Shown here: piece by piece, positions 46,701-61,110 of the stretch
How positions within the stretch are numbered: position 1 is the stretch's first letter
Layout of the letters: each line of letters begins with the position of its first letter
Source: Eledone cirrhosa
Taxonomy: Eukaryota
Reading direction: 5' to 3'
Assembly: GCA_964016885.1 (NCBI GenBank)
Contig: OZ024743.1
Span: 210,428,001 to 210,492,000 of the forward strand
Length of the DNA stretch: 64,000 nt
The notes under the pieces: model-generated
Databases searched by the model: none
Told to the model about the DNA's origin: nothing
Seen by the model: only the letters and a program-made list of their open reading frames with translations
Translations under genes and position numbers: made by a program

Positions 46701-49700
46701 CATAGTTTATCATTCTATAGCCACACATTAAAGCTCTTCACTCCATAAGTTATACCACAGTTTACCATCCTATAGCCAGATGAAAGCTCTTCACTCCATA
46801 AGATATAGCACAGTCTACCATCCTATAGCCACAGATGAGAGCTCTTCACTCCATATTATATACCACAGTTTACCATCCTATAGCAAGATGAAAGCTCTTC
46901 ACTCCATAAGATATACCACAGTTTGCCATCCTATAGCCACACATGAAAGCTCTTCACTCCATTAGATATACCACAGTTTACCATCCTATAGCCACAGATG
47001 AAAGCTCTTCACTCCATAAGATATACCACAGTTTACCATCCTATGGCCACACATGAAAGCTCTTCACTCCATAGGATATACCACAGTTTACCATCCTATA
47101 GCCACACATGAAAGCTCTTCACTCCATAACCATAGTTTACCATTCTATAGCCACACATGAAAGCTCTTCACTCCATAAGATATACCACAGTTTACCATCC
47201 TATAGCCACAGATGAAAGCTCTTTACACCATGAGATATACCACAGTTTACCATCCTATAGCCAGATGAAAGCTCTTCACTCCATAAGATATACCACAGAT
47301 TACCATCCTATCTCCACAGATGAAAGCTCTTCAGTCCATAAGATATACCACAGTTTACCATCCTATGGCCACACATGAAAGCTCTTCACCCATAAGATAT
47401 ACCACAGTTTACCATCCTTTCGCAAGATGAAAGCTCTTCACTCCATAGGATATACCACAGTTACCATCCTATAGCTACAGATGAACGCTCTTCACTCCAT
47501 AAGATATACCACAGTTTACCATCCTATAGCCACAGATGAAAGCTCTTCACTCCATAAGATATACCACAGTTTACCATCCTATAGCCACAGATGAAAGCTC
47601 TTCACTCCATAGGATATACCACAGTTACCATCCTATAGCCACACATGAAAGCTCGTCACTCCATAAGATATACCACAGTTTACTATCCTATTGCCAGATG
47701 AAAACTCTTCACTCCATAAGATATAGCAGTTTACCATTCTATGTCCACACATGAAAGCTCTTCACCCCATAAGATATACCACAGTTTACCATCCTATGGC
47801 TACCCATGAAAGCTCTTCACTCCATAAGATATACCACAGTTTACCATCCTATAGCTACAGATGAACGCTCTTCACTCCATAAGATATACCACAGTTTACC
47901 ATCCTATAGCCAGAGATGAAAGCTCTTCACTCCATAAGATATACCACAGTTTACCATCCTATAGCGAGATGAAAGCTCTTCACCCCATAAGATATACCAC
48001 AGTTTACCATTCTGGAGCAAGATTAAAGCTCTTCACTCCATAAGATATACCACAGTTTACCATCCTATAGCCACACATGAAAGATCATCACTGCATAAGA
48101 TATACCACAGTTTACCATCCTATAGCCACGCCACGGATGAAAGCTCTTCACTCCATAAGATATACCACAGTTTACCATCCTATGGCCACAGATGAAAGCT
48201 CTTCACTCCATAAGATATACCACAGTTTACCATCCTATAGCCACACATGAAAGCACTTCACTCCATAAGATATACCACAGTTTACCATCCTATAGCCAGA
48301 TGAAAGCTCTTCACTCCATAAGATATACCACAGTTTACCATCCTATGGCCACGCATGAAAACTCTTCACTCCATAAGATATACCACAGTTTACCATCCTA
48401 TGGCCACACATGAAAGCTCTTCACTCCATAGGATATACCACAGTTTACCATCCTATAGCCAGATGAAATCTCTTCACTCCATAAGATATATCACAGTTTA
48501 CCATCCTATAGCCACAGATGAAAGCTCTTCACTCCATAAGATATATCACAGTTTACCATCCTATAGCCACAGATGAAAGCTCTTCCCTCCATAAGATAAA
48601 CTACAGTTTACCATCCTATAGCCAGATGAAAGCTCTTCACTCCATAAGATATACCACAGTTTACCATCCTATAGCCAGACATGAAAGCTCTTCACTCCAT
48701 AAGATATACCACAGTTTACCATCCTATAGCCACAGATGAAATCTCTTCACTCCATAAGATATACCACAGTTTACCATCCTATGGCCACACATGAAAGCTC
48801 TTCACTCCATAGGATATACCACAGTTTACCATCCTATAGCCAGATGAAATCTCTTCACTCCATAAGATATATCACAGTTTACCATCCTATAGCCACAGAT
48901 GAAAGCTCTTCACTCCATAAGATATACCACAGTTTACTATCCTATGGCCACAAATGAAAGCTCTTCACTCCATAAGATATACCACAGTTTACCATCCTAT
49001 AGCCACACATGAAAGCTCTTCACTCCATAAGAATTACCACAGTTTACCATTCTATGTCCACACATGAAAGCTCTTCACCCCATAAGATATACCACAGTTT
49101 ACCATCCTATGGCTACCCATGAAAGCTCTTCACTCTATAAGATATACCACAGTTTACCATCCTATAGCCACAGATGAACGCTCTTCACTCCATAAGATAT
49201 ACCACAGTTTACCATCCTATAGCCACAGATGAAAGCTCTTCACTCCATAAGATATACCACAGTTTACCATCCTATAGCGAGATGAAAGCTCTTCACCCCA
49301 TAAGATATACCACAGTTTACCATCCTGTAGCAAGATTAAAGCTCTTCACTCCATAAGATATACCACAGTTTACCATCCTATAGCCACACATGAAATATCT
49401 TCACTGCATAAGATATACCACAGTTTACCATCCTATAGCCACACATGAAAGCTCTTCACTCCATAAGATATACCACAGTTTACCATCCTATAGCCAGATG
49501 AAAGCTCTTCACTCCATAAGATATACCACAGTTTACCATCCTATGGCCACGCATGAAAACTCTTCACTCCATAAGATATACCACAGTTTAACATCCTATT
49601 AGCCACAGATGAAAGCTCTTCCCTCCATAAGATATACTACAGTTTACCATCCTATAGCCAGATGAAAGCTCTTCACTCCATAAGGTATACCACAATTTAC

Positions 49701-50587
49701 CATCCTATAGCCACAGATGAAAGCTCTTCACTCCATAATATATACCACAGTTTACCATCCTATGGCCACACATGAAAGCTCTTCACTCCATAGGATATAC
49801 CACAGTTTACCATCCTATAGCCAGACATGAAAGCTCTTCACTCCATAAGATATACCACAGTTTACCATCCTATAGCCACAGATGAAATCTCTTCACTCCA
49901 TAAGATATACCACAGTTTACCATCCTATGGCCACACATGAAAGCTCTTCACTCTATAGGATATACCACAGTTTACCATCCTATAGCCAGATGAAATCTCT
50001 TCACTCCATAAGATATATCACAGTTTACCTCCTATAGCCACAGATGAAAGCTCTTCACTCCATAAGATATACCACAGTTTACTATCCTATGGCCACAAAT
50101 GAAAGCTCTTCACTCCATAAGATATACCACAGTTTACCATCCTATAGCCACACATGAAAGCTCTTCACTCCATAAGAATTACCACAGTTTACCATTCTAT
50201 GTCCACACATGAAAGCTCTTCAGCCCATAAGATATACCACAGTTTACCATCCTATGGCTACCCATGAAAGCTCTTCACTCCATAAGATATACCACAGTTT
50301 ACCATCCTATAGCCACAGATGAACGCTCTTCACTCCATAAGATATACCACAGTTTACCATCCTATAGCCACAGATGAAAGCTCTTCACTCCATAAGATAT
50401 ACCACAGTTTACCATCCTATAGCGAGATGAAAGCTCTTCACCCCATAAGATATACCACAGTTTACCATCCTGTAGCAAGATTAAAGCTCTTCACTCCATA
50501 AGATATACCACAGTTTACCATCCTATAGCCACACATGAAAGATCTTCACTGCATAAGATATACCACAGTTTACCATCCTATAGCCAG
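37703..50587. repeat. 8695-bp-offset duplication: 37703-~41892 re-occurs at 46398-~50587
   Basis: Eleven or more ORF pairs from 38085/46780 to 41624/50319 are offset by exactly 8695. Shared private variants include TGAGAGCTCT, GCCAGAGATG, TCTGGAGCAA, AAGGTATACCACAATTT and CATGCTATAG. Confidence 0.95.
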
Positions 50588-53500
50588 ACATGAAAGCTCT
50601 TCACTCCATAAGATATACCACAGTTTACCATCCTATAGCCACACATGAAAGCTCTTTACTCCATAGGATATACCACAGTTTACCATCCTATAGCCACACA
50701 TGAAAGCTCTTCACTCCATAACCATAGTTTACCATTCTATAGCCACACATGAAAGCTCTTCACTCCATAAGATATACCACAGTTTACCATCCTATAGCCA
50801 CAGATGAAAGCTTTTACACCATGAGATATACCACAGTTTACCATCCTATAGCCAGATGAAAGCTCATCACTCCATAAGATATACCACAGATTACCATCCT
50901 ATCTCCACAGATGAAAGCTCTTCAGTCCATAAGATATACCACAGTTTACCATCCTATGGCCACGCATGAAAACTCTTCACTCCATAAGATATACCACAGT
51001 TTAACATCCTATAGCCACAGATGAAAGCTCTTCCCTCCATAAGATAAACTACAGTTTACCATCCTATAGCCAGATGAAAGCTCTTCACTCCATAAGATAT
51101 ACCACAGTTTACCATCCTATAGCCAGACATGAAAGCTCTTCACTCCATAAGATATACCACAGTTTACCATCCTATAGCCACAGATGAAATCTCTTCACTC
51201 CATAAGATATACCACAGTTTACCATCCTATGGCCACGCATGAAAGCTCTTCACTCCATAGGATATACCACAGTTTACCATCCTATAGCCAGATGAAATCT
51301 CTTCACTCCATAAGATGTATCACAGTTTACCATCCTATAGCCACAGATGAAAGCTCTTCACTGCATAAGATATACCACAGTTTACTATCCTATGGCCACA
51401 AATGAAAGCTCTTCACTCCATAAGATATACCACAGTTTACCATCCTATAGCCACACATGAAAGCTCTTCACTCCATAAGAATTACCACAGTTTACCATTC
51501 TATGTCCACACATGAAAGCTCTTCACCCCATAAGATATACCACAGTTTACCATCCTATGGCTACCCATGAAAGCTCTTCACTCCATAAGATATACCACAG
51601 TTTACCATCCTATAGCCACAGATAAACGCTCTTCACTCCATAAGATATACCACAGTTTACCATCCTATAGCCACAGATGAAAGCTCTTCACTCCATAAGA
51701 TATACCACAGTTTACCATCCTATAGCGAGATGAAAGCTCTTCACCCCATAAGATATACCACAGTTTACCATCCTGTAGCAAGATTAAAGCTCTTCACTCC
51801 ATAAGATATACCACAGTTTACGATCCTATAGCCACACATGAAAGATCTTCACTGCATAAGATATACCACAGTTTACCATCCTATAGCCACACATGAAAGC
51901 TCTTCACTCCATAAGATATACCACAGTTTACCATCCTATAGACAGATGAAAGCTCTTCACTCCATAAGATATACCACAGTTTACCATCCTATGGCCACGC
52001 ATGAAAACTCTTCACTCCATAAGATATACCACAGTTTAACATCCTATAGCCACAGATGAAAGCTCTTCCCTCCATAAGATATACTACAGTTTACCATCCT
52101 ATAGCCAGATGAAAGCTCTTCACTCCATAAGATATACCACAGTTTACCATCCTATAGCCACAGATGAAAGCTCTTCACTCCATAATATATACCACAGTTT
52201 ACCATCCTATAGCAAGATGAAAGCTCTTCACTCCATAAGATATACCACAGTTTACCATCCTATGGCCACGCATGAAAACTCTTCACTCCATAAGATATAC
52301 CACAGTTTAACATCCTATAGCCACAGATGAAAGCTCTTCCCTCCATAAGATAAACTACAGTTTACCATCCTATAGCCAGATGAAAGCTCTTCACTCCATA
52401 AGATATACCACAGTTTACCATCCTATAGCCAGACATGAAAGCTCTTCACTCCATAAGATATACCACAGTTTACCATCCTATAGCCACAGATGAAATCTCT
52501 TCACTCCATAAGATATACCACAGTTTACCATCCTATGGCCACACATGAAAGCTCTTCACTCCATAGGATATACCACAGTTTACCATCCTATAGCCAGATG
52601 AAATCTCTTCACTCCATAAGATATATCACAGTTTACCATCCTATAGCCACAGATGAAAGCTCTTCACTCCATAAGATATACCACAGTTTACCATCCTATG
52701 GCCACGCATGAAAACTCTTCACTCCATAAGATATACCACAGTTTAACATCCTATAGCCACAGATGAAAGCTCTTCACTCCATAAGATATACTACAGTTTA
52801 CCATCCTATAGCCAGATGAAAGCTCTTCACTCCATAAGATATACCACATTTTACCATCCTATAGCCACAGATGAAAGCTCTTCACTCCATAATATATACC
52901 ACAGTTTACCATCCTATAGCAAGATGAAAGCTCTTCACTCCATAAGATATACCACAGTTTACCATCCTATAGCCAGACATGAAAGCTCTTCACTCCATAA
53001 GATATACCACAGTTTACCATCCTATAGCCACACATGAAAGCTCTTTACTCCATAGGATATACCACAGTTTACCATCCTATAGCCACACATGAAAGCTCTT
53101 CACTCCATAACCATAGTTTACCATTCTATAGCCACACATGAAAGCTCTTCACTCCATAAGATATACCACAGTTTACCATCCTATAGCCACAGATGAAAGC
53201 TTTTACACCATGAGATATACCACAGTTTACCATCCTATAGCCAGATGAAAGCTCATCACTCCATAAGATATACCACAGATTACCATCCTATCTCCACAGA
53301 TGAAAGCTCTTCAGTCCATAAGATATACCACAGTTTACCATCCTATGGCCACGCATGAAAACTCTTCACTCCATAAGATATACCACAGTTTAACATCCTA
53401 TAGCCACAGATGAAAGCTCTTCCCTCCATAAGATAAACTACAGTTTACCATCCTATAGCCAGATGAAAGCTCTTCACTCCATAAGATATACCACAGTTTA

Positions 53501-55040
53501 CCATCCTATAGCCAGACATGAAAGCTCTTCACTCCATAAGATATACCACAGTTTACCATCCTATAGCCACAGATGAAATCTCTTCACTCCATAAGATATA
53601 CCACAGTTTACCATCCTATGGCCACGCATGAAAGCTCTTCACTCCATAGGATATACCACAGTTTACCATCCTATAGCCAGATGAAATCTCTTCACTCCAT
53701 AAGATGTATCACAGTTTACCATCCTATAGCCACAGATGAAAGCTCTTCACTGCATAAGATATACCACAGTTTACTATCCTATGGCCACAAATGAAAGCTC
53801 TTCACTCCATAAGATATACCACAGTTTACCATCCTATAGCCACACATGAAAGCTCTTCACTCCATAAGAATTACCACAGTTTACCATTCTATGTCCACAC
53901 ATGAAAGCTCTTCACCCCATAAGATATACCACAGTTTACCATCCTATGGCTACCCATGAAAGCTCTTCACTCCATAAGATATACCACAGTTTACCATCCT
54001 ATAGCCACAGATAAACGCTCTTCACTCCATAAGATATACCACAGTTTACCATCCTATAGCCACAGATGAAAGCTCTTCACTCCATAAGATATACCACAGT
54101 TTACCATCCTATAGCGAGATGAAAGCTCTTCACCCCATAAGATATACCACAGTTTACCATCCTGTAGCAAGATTAAAGCTCTTCACTCCATAAGATATAC
54201 CACAGTTTACGATCCTATAGCCACACATGAAAGATCTTCACTGCATAAGATATACCACAGTTTACCATCCTATAGCCACACATGAAAGCTCTTCACTCCA
54301 TAAGATATACCACAGTTTACCATCCTATAGACAGATGAAAGCTCTTCACTCCATAAGATATACCACAGTTTACCATCCTATGGCCACGCATGAAACTCTT
54401 CACTCCATAAGATATACCACAGTTTAACATCCTATAGCCACAGATGAAAGCTCTTCCCTCCATAAGATATACTACAGTTTACCATCCTATAGCCAGATGA
54501 AAGCTCTTCACTCCATAAGATATACCACAGTTTACCATCCTATAGCCACAGATGAAAGCTCTTCACTCCATAATATATACCACAGTTTACCATCCTATAG
54601 CAAGATGAAAGCTCTTCACTCCATAAGATATACCACAGTTTACCATCCTATGGCCACGCATGAAAACTCTTCACTCCATAAGATATACCACAGTTTAACA
54701 TCCTATAGCCACAGATGAAAGCTCTTCCCTCCATAAGATAAACTACAGTTTACCATCCTATAGCCAGATGAAAGCTCTTCACTCCATAAGATATACCACA
54801 GTTTACCATCCTATAGCCAGACATGAAAGCTCTTCACTCCATAAGATATACCACAGTTTACCATCCTATAGCCACAGATGAAATCTCTTCACTCCATAAG
54901 ATATACCACAGTTTACCATCCTATGGCCACACATGAAAGCTCTTCACTCCATAGGATATACCACAGTTTACCATCCTATAGCCAGATGAAATCTCTTCAC
55001 TCCATAAGATATATCACAGTTTACCATCCTATAGCCACAT
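50588..55040. repeat. 2389-bp-offset duplication; second and third copies of the block at ~42270-44340
   Basis: ORF triplets are 42868/51184/53573, 43522/51838/54227 and 43793/52109/54497. The markers AAGATGTATC, GATAAACGCT, TTTACGATCC and TAGACAGATG each appear in all three copies. Confidence 0.9.
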
Positions 55041-55148
55041 ATGAAAGCTCTTCACTCCATAAGATATACCACAGTTTACTATCCTATGGCCACAAATGAA
55101 AGCTCTTCACTCCATAAGATATACCACAGTTTACCATCCTATAGCGAG

Positions 55149-58100
55149 ATGAAAGCTCTTCACCCCATAAGATATACCACAGTTTACCATCCTGTAGCAA
55201 GATTAAAGCTCTTCACTCCATAAGATATACCACAGTTTACCATCCTATAGCCACACATGAAAGATCTTCACTGCATAAGATATACCACAGTTTACCATCC
55301 TATAGCCACACATGAAAGATCTTCACTGCATAAGATATACCACAGTTTACCATCCTATAGCCACACATGAAAGCTCTTCACTCCATAAGATATACCACAG
55401 TTTACCATCCTATAGCCAGATGAAAGCTCTTCACTCCATAAGATATACCACAGTTTACCATTCTATGGCCACGCATGAAAACTCTTCACTCCATAAGATA
55501 TACCACAGTTTAACATCCTATAGCCACAGATGAAAGCTCTTCCCTCCATAAGATATACTACAGTTTACCATCCTATAGCCAGATGAAAGCTCTTCACTCC
55601 ATAAGATATACCACAGTTTACCATCCTATAGCCACAGATGAAAGCTCTTCACTCCATAATATATACCACAGTTTACCATCCTATAGCAAGATGAAAGCTC
55701 TTCACTCTATAAGATATACCACAGTTTACCATCCTATAGCCAGACATGAAAGCTCTTCACTCCATAAGATATACCACAGTTTACCATCCTATAGCCACAG
55801 ATGAAATCTCTTCACTCCATAAGATATACCACAGTTTACCATCCTATGGCCACACATGAAAGCTCTTCACTCCATAGGATATACCACAGTTTACCATCCT
55901 ATAGCCAGATGAAATCTCTTCACTCCATAAGATATATCACAGTTTACCTCCTATAGCCACAGATGAAAGCTCTTCACTCCATAAGATATACCACAGTTTA
56001 CTATCCTATGGCCACAAATGAAAGCTCTTCACTCCATAAGATATACCACAGTTTACCATCCTATAGCCACACATGAAAGCTCTTCACTCCATAAGAATTA
56101 CCACAGTTTACCATTCTATGTCCACACATGAAAGCTCTTCAGCCCATAAGATATACCACAGTTTACCATCCTATGGCTACCCATGAAAGCTCTTCACTCC
56201 ATAAGATATACCACAGTTTACCATCCTATAGCCACAGATGAACGCTCTTCACTCCATAAGATATACCACAGTTTACCATCCTATAGCCACAGATGAAAGC
56301 TCTTCACTCCATAAGATATACCACAGTTTACCATCCTATAGCGAGATGAAAGCTCTTCACCCCATAAGATATACCACAGTTTACCATCCTGTAGCAAGAT
56401 TAAAGCTCTTCACTCCATAAGATATACCACAGTTTACCATCCTATAGCCACACATGAAAGATCTTCACTGCATAAGATATACCACAGTTTACCATCCTAT
56501 AGCCACACATGAAAGCTCTTCACTCCATAAGATATACCACAGTTTACCATCCTATAGCCAGATGAAAGCTCTTCACTCCATAAGATATACCACAGTTTAC
56601 CATCCTATGGCCACGCATGAAAACTCTTCACTCCATAAGATATACCACAGTTTAACATCCTATAGCCACAGATGAAAGCTCTTCACTCCATAAGATATAC
56701 TACAGTTTACCATCCTATAGCCAGATGAAAGCTCTTCACTCCATAAGATATACCACAGTTTACCATCCTATAGCCACAGATGAAAGCTCTTCACTCCATA
56801 ATATATACCACAGTTTACCATCCTATAGCAAGATGAAAGCTCTTCACTCCATAAGATATACCACAGTTTACCATCCTATAGCCAGACATGAAAGCTCTTC
56901 ACTCCATAAGATATACCACAGTTTACCATCCTATAGCCACACATGAAAGCTCTTTACTCCATAGGATATACCACAGTTTACCATCCTATAGCCACACATG
57001 AAAGCTCTTCACTCCATAACCATAGTTTACCATTCTATAGCCACACATGAAAGCTCTTCACTCCATAAGATATACCACAGTTTACCATCCTATAGCCACA
57101 GATCAAAGCTCTTTACACCATGAGATATACCACAGTTTACCATCCTATAGCCAGATGAAAGCTCTTCACTCCATAAGATATACCACAGATTACCATCCTA
57201 TCTCCACAGATGAAAGCTCTTCAGTCCATAAGATATACCACAGTTTACCATCCTATGGCCACACATGAAAGCTCTTCACCCATAAGATATACCACAGTTT
57301 ACCATCCTTTCGCAAGATGAAAGCTCTTCACTCCATAGGATATACCACAGTTTACCATCCTATAGCCACACATGAAAGCTCGTCACTCCATAAGATATAC
57401 CACAGTTTACTATCCTATTGCCAGATGAAAACTCTTCACTCCATAAGATATAGCAGTTTACCATCCTATAGCCACAGATGAAAGCTCTTCACTCCATAAG
57501 ATATACCACAGTTTACCACCCTATAGCCAGATGAAAGCTCTTCATTCCATAAGATATACCACAGTTTACTATCCTATGGCCACAAATGAAAGCTCTTCAC
57601 TCCATAAGATATACCACAGTTTACCATCCTATAGCCACACATGAAAGCTCTTCACTCCATAAGAATTACCACAGTTTACCATTCTATGTCCACACATGAA
57701 AGCTCTTCAGCCCATAAGATATACCACAGTTTACCATCCTATGGCTACCCATGAAAGCTCTTCACTCCATAAGATATACCACAGTTTACCATCCTATAGC
57801 CACAGATGAACGCTCTTCACTCCATAAGATATACCACAGTTTACCATCCTATAGCCACAGATGAAAGCTCTTCACTCCATAAGATATACCACAGTTTACC
57901 ATCCTATAGCGAGATGAAAGCTCTTCACCCCATAAGATATACCACAGTTTACCATCCTGTAGCAAGATTAAAGCTCTTCACTCCATAAGATATACCACAG
58001 TTTACCATCCTATAGCCACACATGAAAGATCTTCACTGCATAAGATATACCACAGTTTACCATCCTATAGCCACACATGAAAGCTCTTCACTCCATAAGA

Positions 58101-61100
58101 TATACCACAGTTTACCATCCTATAGCCAGATGAAAGCTCTTCACCCCATAAGATATACCACAGTTTACCATCCTGTAGCAAGATTAAAGCTCTTCACTCC
58201 ATAAGATATACCACAGTTTACCATCCTATAGCCACACATGAAAGATCTTCACTGCATAAGATATACCACAGTTTACCATCCTATAGCCACACATGAAAGA
58301 TCTTCACTGCATAAGATATACCACAGTTTACCATCCTATAGCCACACATGAAAGCTCTTCACTCCATAAGATATACCACAGTTTACCATCCTATAGCCAG
58401 ATGAAAGCTCTTCACTCCATAAGATATACCACAGTTTACCATTCTATGGCCACGCATGAAAACTCTTCACTCCATAAGATATACCACAGTTTAACATCCT
58501 ATAGCCACAGATGAAAGCTCTTCCCTCCATAAGATATACTACAGTTTACCATCCTATAGCCAGATGAAAGCTCTTCACTCCATAAGATATACCACAGTTT
58601 ACCATCCTATAGCCACAGATGAAAGCTCTTCACTCCATAATATATACCACAGTTTACCATCCTATAGCAAGATGAAAGCTCTTCACTCTATAAGATATAC
58701 CACAGTTTACCATCCTATAGCCAGACATGAAAGCTCTTCACTCCATAAGATATACCACAGTTTACCATCCTATAGCCACAGATGAAATCTCTTCACTCCA
58801 TAAGATATACCACAGTTTACCATCCTATGGCCACACATGAAAGCTCTTCACTCCATAGGATATACCACAGTTTACCATCCTATAGCCAGATGAAATCTCT
58901 TCACTCCATAAGATATATCACAGTTTACCTCCTATAGCCACAGATGAAAGCTCTTCACTCCATAAGATATACCACAGTTTACTATCCTATGGCCACAAAT
59001 GAAAGCTCTTCACTCCATAAGATATACCACAGTTTACCATCCTATAGCCACACATGAAAGCTCTTCACTCCATAAGAATTACCACAGTTTACCATTCTAT
59101 GTCCACACATGAAAGCTCTTCAGCCCATAAGATATACCACAGTTTACCATCCTATGGCTACCCATGAAAGCTCTTCACTCCATAAGATATACCACAGTTT
59201 ACCATCCTATAGCCACAGATGAACGCTCTTCACTCCATAAGATATACCACAGTTTACCATCCTATAGCCACAGATGAAAGCTCTTCACTCCATAAGATAT
59301 ACCACAGTTTACCATCCTATAGCGAGATGAAAGCTCTTCACCCCATAAGATATACCACAGTTTACCATCCTGTAGCAAGATTAAAGCTCTTCACTCCATA
59401 AGATATACCACAGTTTACCATCCTATAGCCACACATGAAAGATCTTCACTGCATAAGATATACCACAGTTTACCATCCTATAGCCACACATGAAAGCTCT
59501 TCACTCCATAAGATATACCACAGTTTACCATCCTATAGCCAGATGAAAGCTCTTCACTCCATAAGATATACCACAGTTTACCATCCTATGGCCACGCATG
59601 AAAACTCTTCACTCCATAAGATATACCACAGTTTAACATCCTATAGCCACAGATGAAAGCTCTTCACTCCATAAGATATACTACAGTTTACCATCCTATA
59701 GCCAGATGAAAGCTCTTCACTCCATAAGATATACCACAGTTTACCATCCTATAGCCACAGATGAAAGCTCTTCACTCCATAATATATACCACAGTTTACC
59801 ATCCTATAGCAAGATGAAAGCTCTTCACTCCATAAGATATACCACAGTTTACCATCCTATAGCCAGACATGAAAGCTCTTCACTCCATAAGATATACCAC
59901 AGTTTACCATCCTATAGCCACACATGAAAGCTCTTTACTCCATAGGATATACCACAGTTTACCATCCTATAGCCACACATGAAAGCTCTTCACTCCATAA
60001 CCATAGTTTACCATTCTATAGCCACACATGAAAGCTCTTCACTCCATAAGATATACCACAGTTTACCATCCTATAGCCACAGATCAAAGCTCTTTACACC
60101 ATGAGATATACCACAGTTTACCATCCTATAGCCAGATGAAAGCTCTTCACTCCATAAGATATACCACAGATTACCATCCTATCTCCACAGATGAAAGCTC
60201 TTCAGTCCATAAGATATACCACAGTTTACCATCCTATGGCCACACATGAAAGCTCTTCACCCATAAGATATACCACAGTTTACCATCCTTTCGCAAGATG
60301 AAAGCTCTTCACTCCATAGGATATACCACAGTTTACCATCCTATAGCCACACATGAAAGCTCGTCACTCCATAAGATATACCACAGTTTACTATCCTATT
60401 GCCAGATGAAAACTCTTCACTCCATAAGATATAGCAGTTTACCATCCTATAGCCACAGATGAAAGCTCTTCACTCCATAAGATATACCACAGTTTACCAC
60501 CCTATAGCCAGATGAAAGCTCTTCATTCCATAAGATATACCACAGTTTACTATCCTATGGCCACAAATGAAAGCTCTTCACTCCATAAGATATACCACAG
60601 TTTACCATCCTATAGCCACACATGAAAGCTCTTCACTCCATAAGAATTACCACAGTTTACCATTCTATGTCCACACATGAAAGCTCTTCAGCCCATAAGA
60701 TATACCACAGTTTACCATCCTATGGCTACCCATGAAAGCTCTTCACTCCATAAGATATACCACAGTTTACCATCCTATAGCCACAGATGAACGCTCTTCA
60801 CTCCATAAGATATACCACAGTTTACCATCCTATAGCCACAGATGAAAGCTCTTCACTCCATAAGATATACCACAGTTTACCATCCTATAGCGAGATGAAA
60901 GCTCTTCACCCCATAAGATATACCACAGTTTACCATCCTGTAGCAAGATTAAAGCTCTTCACTCCATAAGATATACCACAGTTTACCATCCTATAGCCAC
61001 ACATGAAAGATCTTCACTGCATAAGATATACCACAGTTTACCATCCTATAGCCACACATGAAAGCTCTTCACTCCATAAGATATACCACAGTTTACCATC

Positions 61101-61110
61101 CTATAGCCAG
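55149..61110. repeat. Tandem duplication of a 2981-bp unit (about 55 monomers): 55149-58129 and 58130-61110
   Basis: ORF pairs 55312/58293, 55583/58564, 56238/59219, 56454/59435, 56725/59706, 57047/60028 and 57806/60787 are all offset by 2981. Confidence 0.93.
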
